39,014 nt of DNA. Origin: a virus. The notes under the pieces are model-generated. The model was not told the DNA's origin. It did no database searches and saw only the letters and a program-made list of their open reading frames with translations. This document shows positions 17,051-24,165 of this stretch, piece by piece (the stretch's first letter is position 1; each line of letters begins with the position of its first letter). The stretch is from IMG/VR virus record IMGVR_UViG_3300009956_000004; one strand, given 5' to 3'. A program made the translations under genes and the position numbers.

Positions 17051-17165
17051 AAAAACAAAACGAATAAAAGAGCTTGAAGCTCTATTAGAAATCTACAAGA
17101 AAAGGGACATCGAACACACGAATGTTTTACGGGTGCTACTAAATGGACGAAAACGAAGAAATTGA
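17040..17165 (+). CDS. Possible 41-aa basic protein
   Basis: Hand-translated MFFKKTKRIKELEALLEIYKKRDIEHTNVLRVLLNGRKRRN. Fills an otherwise empty gap. No strong RBS. Confidence 0.3.
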   Translation: MFFKKTKRIKELEALLEIYKKRDIEHTNVLRVLLNGRKRRN

Positions 17166-17250
17166 AGAAGAAATCGACTACCACGATCCAGACTTATGGT
17201 TAAGATCGGGATCATTCAAACGCTATTTAGGCGATGATGACGAAATTTGA
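17143..17250 (+). CDS. Possible 35-aa acidic protein
   Basis: Hand-translated MDENEEIEEEIDYHDPDLWLRSGSFKRYLGDDDEI. Overlaps the previous micro-ORF. Confidence 0.3.
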   Translation: MDENEEIEEEIDYHDPDLWLRSGSFKRYLGDDDEI

Positions 17251-17272
17251 AATGAAAAACAGGAGATAAAAC

Positions 17273-17746
17273 ATGGCGACACTTTACGAACTAACAGGAC
17301 AATTTCTTGACATCTACAATATGGACCTAGACGACGAAACGAAACAGGACACGCTGGACAGTATCGACTGGAACGAGGACTACGAAAACAAGGTAGAGGG
17401 CTATATCAAAGTCATTAAAAACCTTGATGCAGATATCGAAGCCCGAAAAAATGAAATGGACCGCTTGAAGAAATTAAACGATGCAGACAAGGCCAAAAAA
17501 GAGCGCATGAAATCGACCCTTGAAGAAAGCATGGAACTCACGGGACACGACCGAGTAGATACGACCTTGTTTAAGGTGTCATTCAGACGATCAAAGGCCG
17601 TCGAGGTTGATATGGTCTTACTGCCAGACGAGCATAAAAAAGTCGAATATAAGGCCGATAAGACGGCTTTAAAACGACTTTTAACGGGCGGGCAAGAAAT
17701 CGCTGGAGCTACGCTGGTAGAAAACAAGAATTTAAGTATTAGGTAA
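17273..17746 (+). CDS. Siphovirus Gp157-family protein
   Basis: 157 aa. MATLYELTGQFLDIYNM..D.. plus a central coiled coil is the typical Gp157 (Sfi-type) architecture. Precedes the recombinase. Confidence 0.7.
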   Translation: MATLYELTGQFLDIYNMDLDDETKQDTLDSIDWNEDYENKVEGYIKVIKNLDADIEARKNEMDRLKKLNDADKAKKERMKSTLEESMELTGHDRVDTTLFKVSFRRSKAVEVDMVLLPDEHKKVEYKADKTALKRLLTGGQEIAGATLVENKNLSIR

Positions 17747-17756
17747 GGGGAAACAA

Positions 17757-18401
17757 ATGACAAAATTATCTTTTTCAGAATTACAAAAAAAGATGCAATT
17801 AGAAAAGAAAAAATCAAAAGATGTTAAATATGCATTTCGTAACGCTGAAGACATTTATACAAAGTTCAAAGAAGTTAATACAGATTGGGAATTAACTGTA
17901 TTTGATGATTTAGTTGTTATCAGCGATCGCATTTTTGTAAAATCAACGGCTACAGTAACAGATGGAGAAAGACAATTTCAATCGATTGGATTTGCAGAAT
18001 TGGATACAGTACCAGTTTTAAACACTCAAAAAGGACAATTCAAACAAATGCAAGTTCCGCAATGGACTGGCGCAGTGAGCTCCTACGCTCGCAAGTATGC
18101 GCTTCAAGGGCTGTTTGGCATCGGGGAAAAAGATGTAGATGAGTACCCAAGCGATATTAACGAACCAGATCAGCCAAAAAATAAAACAAAACCTAAAGAA
18201 CAAGCTGAAGCCTTTATCTCAGTTGAAAAAGCAAACTACTATTTGAAAGAGGTTGCTAAGATTTCAGAGGAAAAAGGCAAGCAGGACGGTTCAGTCGCTC
18301 AATGGTTCTTGCGATATTTAGATGTCGCAGATTACAAGCAAATTAAAGAGTCACAAGTGGAAAAAGCAGATTTGCTTTTAAATAAATTGAAAGGAAACTA
18401 A
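17757..18401 (+). CDS. ERF-family single-strand annealing recombinase
   Basis: ..AFRNAEDIYTKFKEV.., ..IFVKSTATVTDGE.. and ..GAVSSYARKYALQGLFGIG.. fit the ERF core. Adjacent to SSB. Confidence 0.7.
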   Translation: MTKLSFSELQKKMQLEKKKSKDVKYAFRNAEDIYTKFKEVNTDWELTVFDDLVVISDRIFVKSTATVTDGERQFQSIGFAELDTVPVLNTQKGQFKQMQVPQWTGAVSSYARKYALQGLFGIGEKDVDEYPSDINEPDQPKNKTKPKEQAEAFISVEKANYYLKEVAKISEEKGKQDGSVAQWFLRYLDVADYKQIKESQVEKADLLLNKLKGN

Positions 18402-18404
18402 TAA

Positions 18405-19061
18405 ATGTATGATACTACCGCAGAAGAGTGGAGGGATATCGTAGGGTACGAGGGTCTGTATAAAATCTCAAGCCACGGAAGAGTAAAAAGTTATCATGCA
18501 AGATATAAAAAGCCTAGAATTTTAAAAACTAGCATGACAACGACAGGCTATAGAAAAGTAGAACTCGCAAAAAACAAAGTAAAAAAGTCGCATAAAATCC
18601 ATAGGTTGGTGGCTGAGGCGTTCATTCCAAACGAAGGGAATAAACCCTATATAAATCACTTGGATAGTAACCCGCTAAATAATAATGTTAACAACCTAGA
18701 ATGGTGTACACAAAAAGAAAATATGGTTCATTCTGCTATTTTCGGAAATCATAAAAGTCTTGCGTGGAAAAATAAAGAACAAGTTGTAACTGATTATATA
18801 TCTGGCAAGTCTATCCGATATCTCGCTAAGAAGTACGCTGGAAATAGTTGCGTTACTATAAAGAACGTTTTAAAACGTGAAGGCGTAAGGATAAGAAGCG
18901 TTTCTGAACAAAAAATGAAATATAAATACTCTAGGGAGGAAATGTTGTCCATGTTTGAAGAAGGTCTAAGAAATGTAGACATAGCAAAAGAATTGGGAAT
19001 ACCTAGAGTGTTAGTCAACACTTATAAACATAAATGGAAGAATGGAGAGAAACTATGTTAA
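18405..19061 (+). CDS. Free-standing HNH homing endonuclease (NUMOD4 plus HNH_3 plus C-terminal HTH)
   Basis: [23 protein letters not shown] (NUMOD4). [35 protein letters not shown] (HNH). C-terminal ..[18 protein letters not shown].. Inserted between erf and ssb. Confidence 0.85.
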   Translation: MYDTTAEEWRDIVGYEGLYKISSHGRVKSYHARYKKPRILKTSMTTTGYRKVELAKNKVKKSHKIHRLVAEAFIPNEGNKPYINHLDSNPLNNNVNNLEWCTQKENMVHSAIFGNHKSLAWKNKEQVVTDYISGKSIRYLAKKYAGNSCVTIKNVLKREGVRIRSVSEQKMKYKYSREEMLSMFEEGLRNVDIAKELGIPRVLVNTYKHKWKNGEKLC

Positions 19062-19471
19062 ATTCAACGTGCCTTGTTGGGCGCTTAACCAAAGATCCAG
19101 AACTACGCTACACACCAAACAATCAAGCGGTAGCAACTTTTAGCTTGGCAGTGAACCGAAACTTTAAAGGCCAGAATGGAGAGCGTGAAGCAGATTTTAT
19201 TAACTGCGTGATCTGGCGACAGCAAGCAGAAAATCTTGCAAACTGGGCCAAGAAAGGGGCTTTGATTGGGATTACGGGACGGATCCAGACACGGAGCTAC
19301 GAAAACCAGCAAGGCCAGCGGGTATATGTGACTGAGGTTGTAGCGGACAACTTCCAGCTATTGGAAGGTCGGAAAGATCGTGAAGCTGGACCGTCGCAGG
19401 GATATAGCCAGCCAGACTTCGCACGGCAGGCAGAGCCATTCAGCATTGATGATGATTCTCTACCGTTTTAG
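19055..19471 (+). CDS. ssb: Single-stranded DNA-binding protein
   Basis: [35 protein letters not shown].. OB fold with acidic tail ..DDDSLPF. ATG 19055 preferred (GGAGAG RBS) over the listed 19034. Confidence 0.95.
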   Translation: MLNSTCLVGRLTKDPELRYTPNNQAVATFSLAVNRNFKGQNGEREADFINCVIWRQQAENLANWAKKGALIGITGRIQTRSYENQQGQRVYVTEVVADNFQLLEGRKDREAGPSQGYSQPDFARQAEPFSIDDDSLPF

Positions 19472-19474
19472 CCT

Positions 19475-19693
19475 ATGACTTGGGTTGAAGAACACTTTGC
19501 CAGAGAGTACCCAGAGATTAAATCTATACAAGACATCTGGAATAAGGACGATTTAGGCGGATACGAAACACAGCGGTATTCAAAGGAATTGAACAAAGTT
19601 ATTGTTACCAACGACTTGGTCGCTATTAGTAACGACCTAAGATCAATCGGACTTACTCTGGCAGATTTTAAACAGCAACTAACTTTATTTTAA
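19475..19693 (+). CDS. Hypothetical protein
   Basis: 72-aa ORF starting 3 nt after the ssb stop. Confidence 0.6.
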   Translation: MTWVEEHFAREYPEIKSIQDIWNKDDLGGYETQRYSKELNKVIVTNDLVAISNDLRSIGLTLADFKQQLTLF

Positions 19694-19708
19694 AAAAGGA
19701 GAAATAAC

Positions 19709-20038
19709 ATGAAACAATAAAAAGAATTTTACGCAATCGCACAAAATGGAACAAACAAATTTTTAGCAGGATATAAAAATCGAGAAAACGCATTGACGTT
19801 TAGTGCTGACTTTACTAATGAGGTTCGCTGTGCGTTGATTTTCGAGAAAGGAAATGAAAAATCAGAGAGATCTGTACACAACATTGCCGAAGCAGTAGGT
19901 GGCCGTCTTGTTAAAATCAAAGCAGAATACGAGATCACGGAAGAAGATGGATCAGAATTACAAGAGCCGGATGAAAGCAACGAAGGAAGTGACCACGATG
20001 ACTTTGATCGCTTCATCAAAAAAATGTTAGGTCTTTAA
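19709..20038 (+). pseudogene. Gene interrupted by an in-frame TAA at codon 4 (a possible 81-aa product could restart at TTG 19793)
   Basis: Strong RBS AAAGGAGAAATAAC precedes ATG 19709. The frame reads ATG AAA CAA TAA, then stays open in the same frame to 20038 (KEFYAIAQNGTNKFLAGYKNRENALTFSADF...). Confidence 0.55.
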
Positions 20039-20039
20039 G

Positions 20040-20477
20040 ATGATTAAGTTAACAATACCTATCGAGCCAAAAGCCCAAACCCGCCCAAAATTTGGGCGAG
20101 GCGGGGCATACGAAGACCCGAAGATGAAAGCGTGGCGCAGATCAGCAACATACCTCATTAAAAGTCTATATAAAGGCGAGAAGATGCAAGGTTATCTTAA
20201 AGCAGAAGTCGCGTTTTATCTGAAAGCACCTCAAGTCGTATCGAAGAAACCCACGCCAAAAGCCAAGGCTAAAACGTGGGAACGATACGAACGATTTATG
20301 AATGAGCGAATATACTGCGCCAAGAAGCCAGACTTGGACAATTTGGAAAAAGCAATATATGACAGCATTTCAGACGCTAATTGCATTTGGTGGGACGATA
20401 ACCAAGTTGTAGAGCATACAACCAAAAAAGTCTACTCGCCAAATCCACGAATTGAAATCAAAATTAAAAAAATTTAG
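20040..20477 (+). CDS. rusA: RusA-family Holliday junction resolvase
   Basis: ..KKPDLDNLEKAIYDSISDANCIWWDDNQVVEHTTKKVYS.NPRIEIKI matches the RusA catalytic Asp motif. Confidence 0.85.
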   Translation: MIKLTIPIEPKAQTRPKFGRGGAYEDPKMKAWRRSATYLIKSLYKGEKMQGYLKAEVAFYLKAPQVVSKKPTPKAKAKTWERYERFMNERIYCAKKPDLDNLEKAIYDSISDANCIWWDDNQVVEHTTKKVYSPNPRIEIKIKKI

Positions 20478-20519
20478 TAAATGGAAAGGCGAAAAAACTT
20501 GAATATGCGAGGGTGAATA

Positions 20520-20906
20520 ATGTCACTAGTGGAAGAATTTTTTAAACAATATGACGAGTTGGCTGGTAAATACGAGAAGTACGCTGAGGTATTTAAGAAT
20601 CAGGGCGCAGAACGACCTGCAGAAGTAGCAAAATATATTTCTTTGTCGAGAAGAAAAAACGAGATGCCGTCTCCGATTTATTTGATTTATTTTGACGGAT
20701 TGCTAAATGATGAATTTCTTTTAGAGTGTATGGACTACTATTTAGAAAATACCAAAAGGAAATCTAGGGCAGCGAAAGAAACAAGGGAACAATTCGCAGA
20801 AATGGATGACAATTCTAACAAAAGCATCATACTTAAAAAGCCAAGTAAGAGACGGGTAGCAATAAAGGAATATTACATAGAACGCGCTTTAAAGCTAGGT
20901 CTTTAA
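20520..20906 (+). CDS. Hypothetical protein
   Basis: 128 aa, GAGGGTG RBS. No family recognised. Confidence 0.65.
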   Translation: MSLVEEFFKQYDELAGKYEKYAEVFKNQGAERPAEVAKYISLSRRKNEMPSPIYLIYFDGLLNDEFLLECMDYYLENTKRKSRAAKETREQFAEMDDNSNKSIILKKPSKRRVAIKEYYIERALKLGL

Positions 20907-20911
20907 TTCAG

Positions 20912-20949
20912 GCTGGCAGACTCTAACAGGTCTGCTAGTCATACCTCAC
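20912..20949. repeat. Imperfect direct repeat, left copy (GCTGGC..AGACTC..GCTAGTCATacCTCAC)
   Basis: Shares the blocks GCTGGC, AGACTC and GCTAGTCATnnCTCAC, in the same order, with 21317-21373. Confidence 0.6.
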
Positions 20950-21249
20950 AAACAATAAAATAAGACACTGATGCGAAGCGAGTGAGGCGCTTCAAATTGA
21001 ATCGTGATAAAACTACTGGTTTTATGCCTTAACACACGGTTCAAAAAAACTGTATATCAACCGATAAATAATAAAGGAGAGTCCTCTTTTTCACAAATTT
21101 ACATACAAGTAAGTCTGATATACGCTTACGACCAGATCAGCAAGACTGCATAGGTCAGTAATGATGATAGTTCATAGTGATGCTGCTGATCCATCACGTC
21201 CTATGCTGGGCGAGACTTGGAAACCTCAGAGGGTTCGATTCCCTCTATA

Positions 21250-21270
21250 GGATTAGGACGGGATTAGGAC
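21250..21270. repeat. Tandem repeat GGATTAGGAC-g-GGATTAGGAC
   Basis: Read directly. Begins inside the acceptor-like 3' strand of the tRNA-like element. Confidence 0.8.
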
Positions 21271-21316
21271 TCATTATGATACATTCTTTATTTCACACTA
21301 TCGACCCGTCCCGATA

Positions 21317-21373
21317 GCTGGCTAGCTGTAGACTCCTTGAGTAGTGCAACTCCACTCGCTAGTCATTGCTCAC
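21317..21373. repeat. Imperfect direct repeat, right copy (GCTGGCtagctgtAGACTC..GCTAGTCATtgCTCAC)
   Basis: See the left copy. The spacing between blocks is expanded. Confidence 0.6.
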
Positions 21374-21414
21374 TATAAATTTAGAAAGGCCCTCTAATCT
21401 GTTTTTCTGAAAAA

Positions 21415-21440
21415 GGGGAGCAGAGCAACTCCCCTATTTT
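21415..21440 (+). terminator. Rho-independent terminator
   Basis: GGGGAG (21415-20) / CTCCCC (21429-34), 8-nt loop, then TATTTT. Confidence 0.7.
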
Positions 21441-21462
21441 AGTAAAGTAGATAGAGATTATT

Positions 21463-22128
21463 ATGGAAATTGATTTAATTAAACGGTCAATCAGACTGGA
21501 TCGACAGCGACTTCAAGATACGAGTAGTGATCTACTCATACAAAAAAACATCGGCAAAACAGCAGTGGTTGGAAGATCACGAGCAATTAAGGAAAGGATT
21601 AATAAAAATATCATGGCATTGGAAAAGGAATTAGTAACGTTAACAAAGAAATGGTTTATTGACCGTGATTTGGAACACGGTGGACGATTAGACAAGCAGG
21701 CTCTTAAATTGAGTGAGGAATTTGGCGAGCTATGCGCTGGATATCTTAAGCGAAATGAGAAACTAACTAAGGATAGTATTGGTGATTGTGCGGTGGTTAT
21801 TGTAGGACTTGCATTACTAATTAAGGAGGATGTGCATGGTATCTTTGAGGAATCAGACAACATCAGACGCAAGGATGCGATGGAATGTTTTAAATTGTTA
21901 AATGCAAACATTTCTGAGTTTCAACTATCGCAAGAGTTGGCAAGCAAAGAAATGTGCCGTCATAATCTAATACGTGCGGTGGCTTATCTTAAATCTATTA
22001 GTAAGGCATTCGACTACGACTTTGCGGATTGCTTTGAGGTGGCATATAACGAAATCAAAGACCGCAAAGGTAAATGGATTGATGGAAGTTTTGTGAAAGA
22101 GGAGGATCTGGAAAGTGAACCGAATTAA
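21463..22128 (+). CDS. MazG-like nucleotide pyrophosphohydrolase-fold protein with a ~60-aa N-terminal coiled-coil extension
   Basis: ..QALKLSEEFGELCAGYLKRN.., ..IGDCAVVIVGLALL.. and ..CFEVAYNEIKDRKGKWIDGSFVK fit the all-alpha NTP-PPase (MazG-like) pattern. The start is uncertain: the alternative Met at 21613 and the listed start both have weak RBSs. Confidence 0.6.
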   Translation: MEIDLIKRSIRLDRQRLQDTSSDLLIQKNIGKTAVVGRSRAIKERINKNIMALEKELVTLTKKWFIDRDLEHGGRLDKQALKLSEEFGELCAGYLKRNEKLTKDSIGDCAVVIVGLALLIKEDVHGIFEESDNIRRKDAMECFKLLNANISEFQLSQELASKEMCRHNLIRAVAYLKSISKAFDYDFADCFEVAYNEIKDRKGKWIDGSFVKEEDLESEPN

Positions 22129-22507
22129 AGAATTAAGAAAAGAAAATAAGGTAAAACTGAAAGATCTTACTGAATTTCTCGGAGTATCATTTCAAACGAT
22201 ATATAGATGGGAAGACGGGGGCAGTGTTAAGACTGTATATGCTGAAAAAATGGCAGAACTTTTTGGAGTTGATGCGTCTTATCTTATGGGCGTTTCAGAC
22301 AATTGTTTGACCGAAAAAGAAGATGAAAAGCAATTGACAAAACGCCAACAGTACATACAAAAATTAACTAACATCGAGATATCTTTGTTACGCGAGCCAG
22401 AAAAAATGAGCGCGCAAGACTTGAGTGATATTAAAAAAGTAGCCAGAGGCTTATATGAGGATCTGGTATGGATGCAATTTGAAGCAGAAGAAAGAGAAGG
22501 GAAATAG
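22115..22507 (+). CDS. XRE-family HTH transcriptional regulator (second one in the genome)
   Basis: GTG start overlapping the upstream gene. MNRIKELRKENKVKLKDLTEFLGVSFQTIYRWEDG.. is an HTH_3 domain. Confidence 0.8.
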   Translation: MNRIKELRKENKVKLKDLTEFLGVSFQTIYRWEDGGSVKTVYAEKMAELFGVDASYLMGVSDNCLTEKEDEKQLTKRQQYIQKLTNIEISLLREPEKMSAQDLSDIKKVARGLYEDLVWMQFEAEEREGK

Positions 22508-22509
22508 AA

Positions 22510-23010
22510 ATGAATAAACAAGAGTTGATTGAGAAAATTGATAATTTACAATATTCGCTTTCGTGGAATATACCACGAATAAACAAGGAAATTGTTTTAG
22601 ATCTAATCGAACAACTAGACGAACCGCAGAAGCCAGTCGTACCACAGTTTGTGGTGGATTGGTACGAAGAGTATAAAGATAATCTTGAGTATAATATTTG
22701 GGATTGGATGAAGTATAATCTTGAACCTAAAAAACGAGAAAATGTAATCTTCTCCCGGTGGTTAGGTAAGACTGCAAACAACCCTGTGGAAACACTTGTC
22801 AAGATGAAGTTGTATGGCTACACAGTCGAGAAAGAACCAAAGTATACAGTTAAGTTCAAAGCTACGAAACAATACTTATGCAATGATGATCTAGGTCCAC
22901 ATTTCGATCCAAGTTTTAGATCTAATTTTACAAAATCTGATCTTGAAAAATTAGACTTAGGCTGGGTGTTTGATTGCGAAGGTATGGAAGTTGATAAGGT
23001 GGGAAAATGA
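22510..23010 (+). CDS. DUF1642-like phage protein, paralogue 1
   Basis: MNKQELIEKIDNL.. N-terminus and ..LDLGWVFDCEGMEVDKV C-terminus mirror the next gene. Confidence 0.65.
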   Translation: MNKQELIEKIDNLQYSLSWNIPRINKEIVLDLIEQLDEPQKPVVPQFVVDWYEEYKDNLEYNIWDWMKYNLEPKKRENVIFSRWLGKTANNPVETLVKMKLYGYTVEKEPKYTVKFKATKQYLCNDDLGPHFDPSFRSNFTKSDLEKLDLGWVFDCEGMEVDKVGK

Positions 23011-23564
23011 ATAAACGAGAATTAATTGAACACATTAATAACACATTATTTGATAATTTGAAAGATACATTGTTCACAGAACCTACATTTTCGATCACAG
23101 AAAACGCAAAAGATAATAAAGTGGCAATAACGTTTGAAACCGAGCAGGGCGGTGTCCTTGTGGGCGGTATGTTGAAGAAATTTGAAAAAGTCACGATCCC
23201 GCAGTTTGCGGCGGATTTTATCGCAGAACAGAAAAAGCTAGGTCATACGCTGTCCTACTCAATAGATGCATCCATGTCTGATAGAGTTGCAGAATGGTAT
23301 TGGGATAATTCCGAGCTCTTTGCCCGTGCTTGGTTGGATGGGTATGAAATCGAAAAGGAAAAGCGGTATTTGGTGAAGATTAAAGGTAATGTTTCCGAAA
23401 ATATTTTGGTTTTTGGTCTTGTAACACAAGTGTATTTTTTCTCGAAAGATAACCGCAATAGTAAATGCAGACAAACAACTCACACCCGCAAGGAGTTAGA
23501 AATATCCGGATTTGGTTGGGTGTTTAATTGTCCGGGGGTTGAAGTAAAGGAAATGAAAGAATGA
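23007..23564 (+). CDS. DUF1642-like phage protein, paralogue 2
   Basis: MNKRELIEHINNT.. and ..SGFGWVFNCPGVEVKEM. ATGA overlap with paralogue 1. Confidence 0.65.
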   Translation: MNKRELIEHINNTLFDNLKDTLFTEPTFSITENAKDNKVAITFETEQGGVLVGGMLKKFEKVTIPQFAADFIAEQKKLGHTLSYSIDASMSDRVAEWYWDNSELFARAWLDGYEIEKEKRYLVKIKGNVSENILVFGLVTQVYFFSKDNRNSKCRQTTHTRKELEISGFGWVFNCPGVEVKEMKE

Positions 23565-23773
23565 TTCCGAAATTTATTGAAATAAATACAATGTATCAAG
23601 GATACGAAGAAAATATGATTATTAACGTAGATGACATCGCACGCATACTTATTGGCCCAAATATGATTATTTTGAGAACATCTTACACGAATGGAAACAA
23701 CAGTGTATCTGTCACTTCTGAAACGATAAGTAAGCTAAAAAAATTATTAATGACCAGCGAGGTAACAGAATGA
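23561..23773 (+). CDS. Hypothetical protein
   Basis: 70 aa. Starts with the same MIPKF as the next gene. ATGA overlaps at both ends. Confidence 0.55.
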   Translation: MIPKFIEINTMYQGYEENMIINVDDIARILIGPNMIILRTSYTNGNNSVSVTSETISKLKKLLMTSEVTE

Positions 23774-24165
23774 TTCCAAAATTTAGAGCGTGGCACCATG
23801 AATTAGGCAGAATGATGGCATTAAAATCCATGTGGTTTCAAGATGATTTAATCGAAGAACTAGAATTAAATGACACAGTCATGAATGATTACATCACAGC
23901 ATATCTCGATGAAATTGAGCTCATGCAATCCACAGGACTCAAAGATAAGAATGGCAAGGAAATCTTTGAAAAAGATATCCTTGATTATAACGGTAGAAAG
24001 GTCATTGTTAAATGGCACGGATCTTATGCTAGTTTTATTTACGAGTTTGTAGATGAGTTGCAAAATAGAACAACAGAATGGCAACCACTATATCTCTCTT
24101 ATTATCACTTTGAAGTTATCGGCAACATTTACGAAAATTCCAAATTGCTGGAGGTAGAAGAATGA
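23770..24165 (+). CDS. YopX-family protein
   Basis: MIPKFRAW..., ..LMQSTGLKDKNGKEIFEKDIL.. and ..EVIGNIYENSKLLE are hallmark YopX motifs. Confidence 0.85.
   Translation: MIPKFRAWHHELGRMMALKSMWFQDDLIEELELNDTVMNDYITAYLDEIELMQSTGLKDKNGKEIFEKDILDYNGRKVIVKWHGSYASFIYEFVDELQNRTTEWQPLYLSYYHFEVIGNIYENSKLLEVEE

Larger units (their letters stand above)
20907..21440 (+). ncRNA. Candidate large structured non-coding RNA (class undetermined; ROOL/GOLLD-type ornate RNA is one hypothesis) ending in an intrinsic terminator
   Basis: No ORF of 60 aa or more on either strand across ~550 nt in an otherwise tightly packed genome. At least ten hairpins or long-range helices were read by eye, including mutually exclusive pairings. 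A consensus T-arm GAGGG-TTCGATT-CCCTC is present. A terminator lies at 21415-21440. Strand is inferred from the terminator. Confidence 0.5.

Noticed and set aside
17401-17817. 138-aa minus-strand ORF
   Set aside because: It is antisense to the well-supported Gp157-family gene, and the translation is low-complexity Ser/Phe/Leu.
20967-20999. Hammerhead ribozyme core (CTGATG-c-GAAGCG...CGCTTC-AAA)
   Set aside because: It resembles CUGAUGA-stem II-GAAA, but the invariant A9 is a C and the G of GAAA is missing. Stems I and III could not be drawn.
21199-21253. A canonical tRNA gene
   Set aside because: Acceptor-like and T-arm pairings are present, but only 23 nt lie between them. No D or anticodon arm can be drawn and no CCA is encoded. 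It is retained only as a tRNA-like element.
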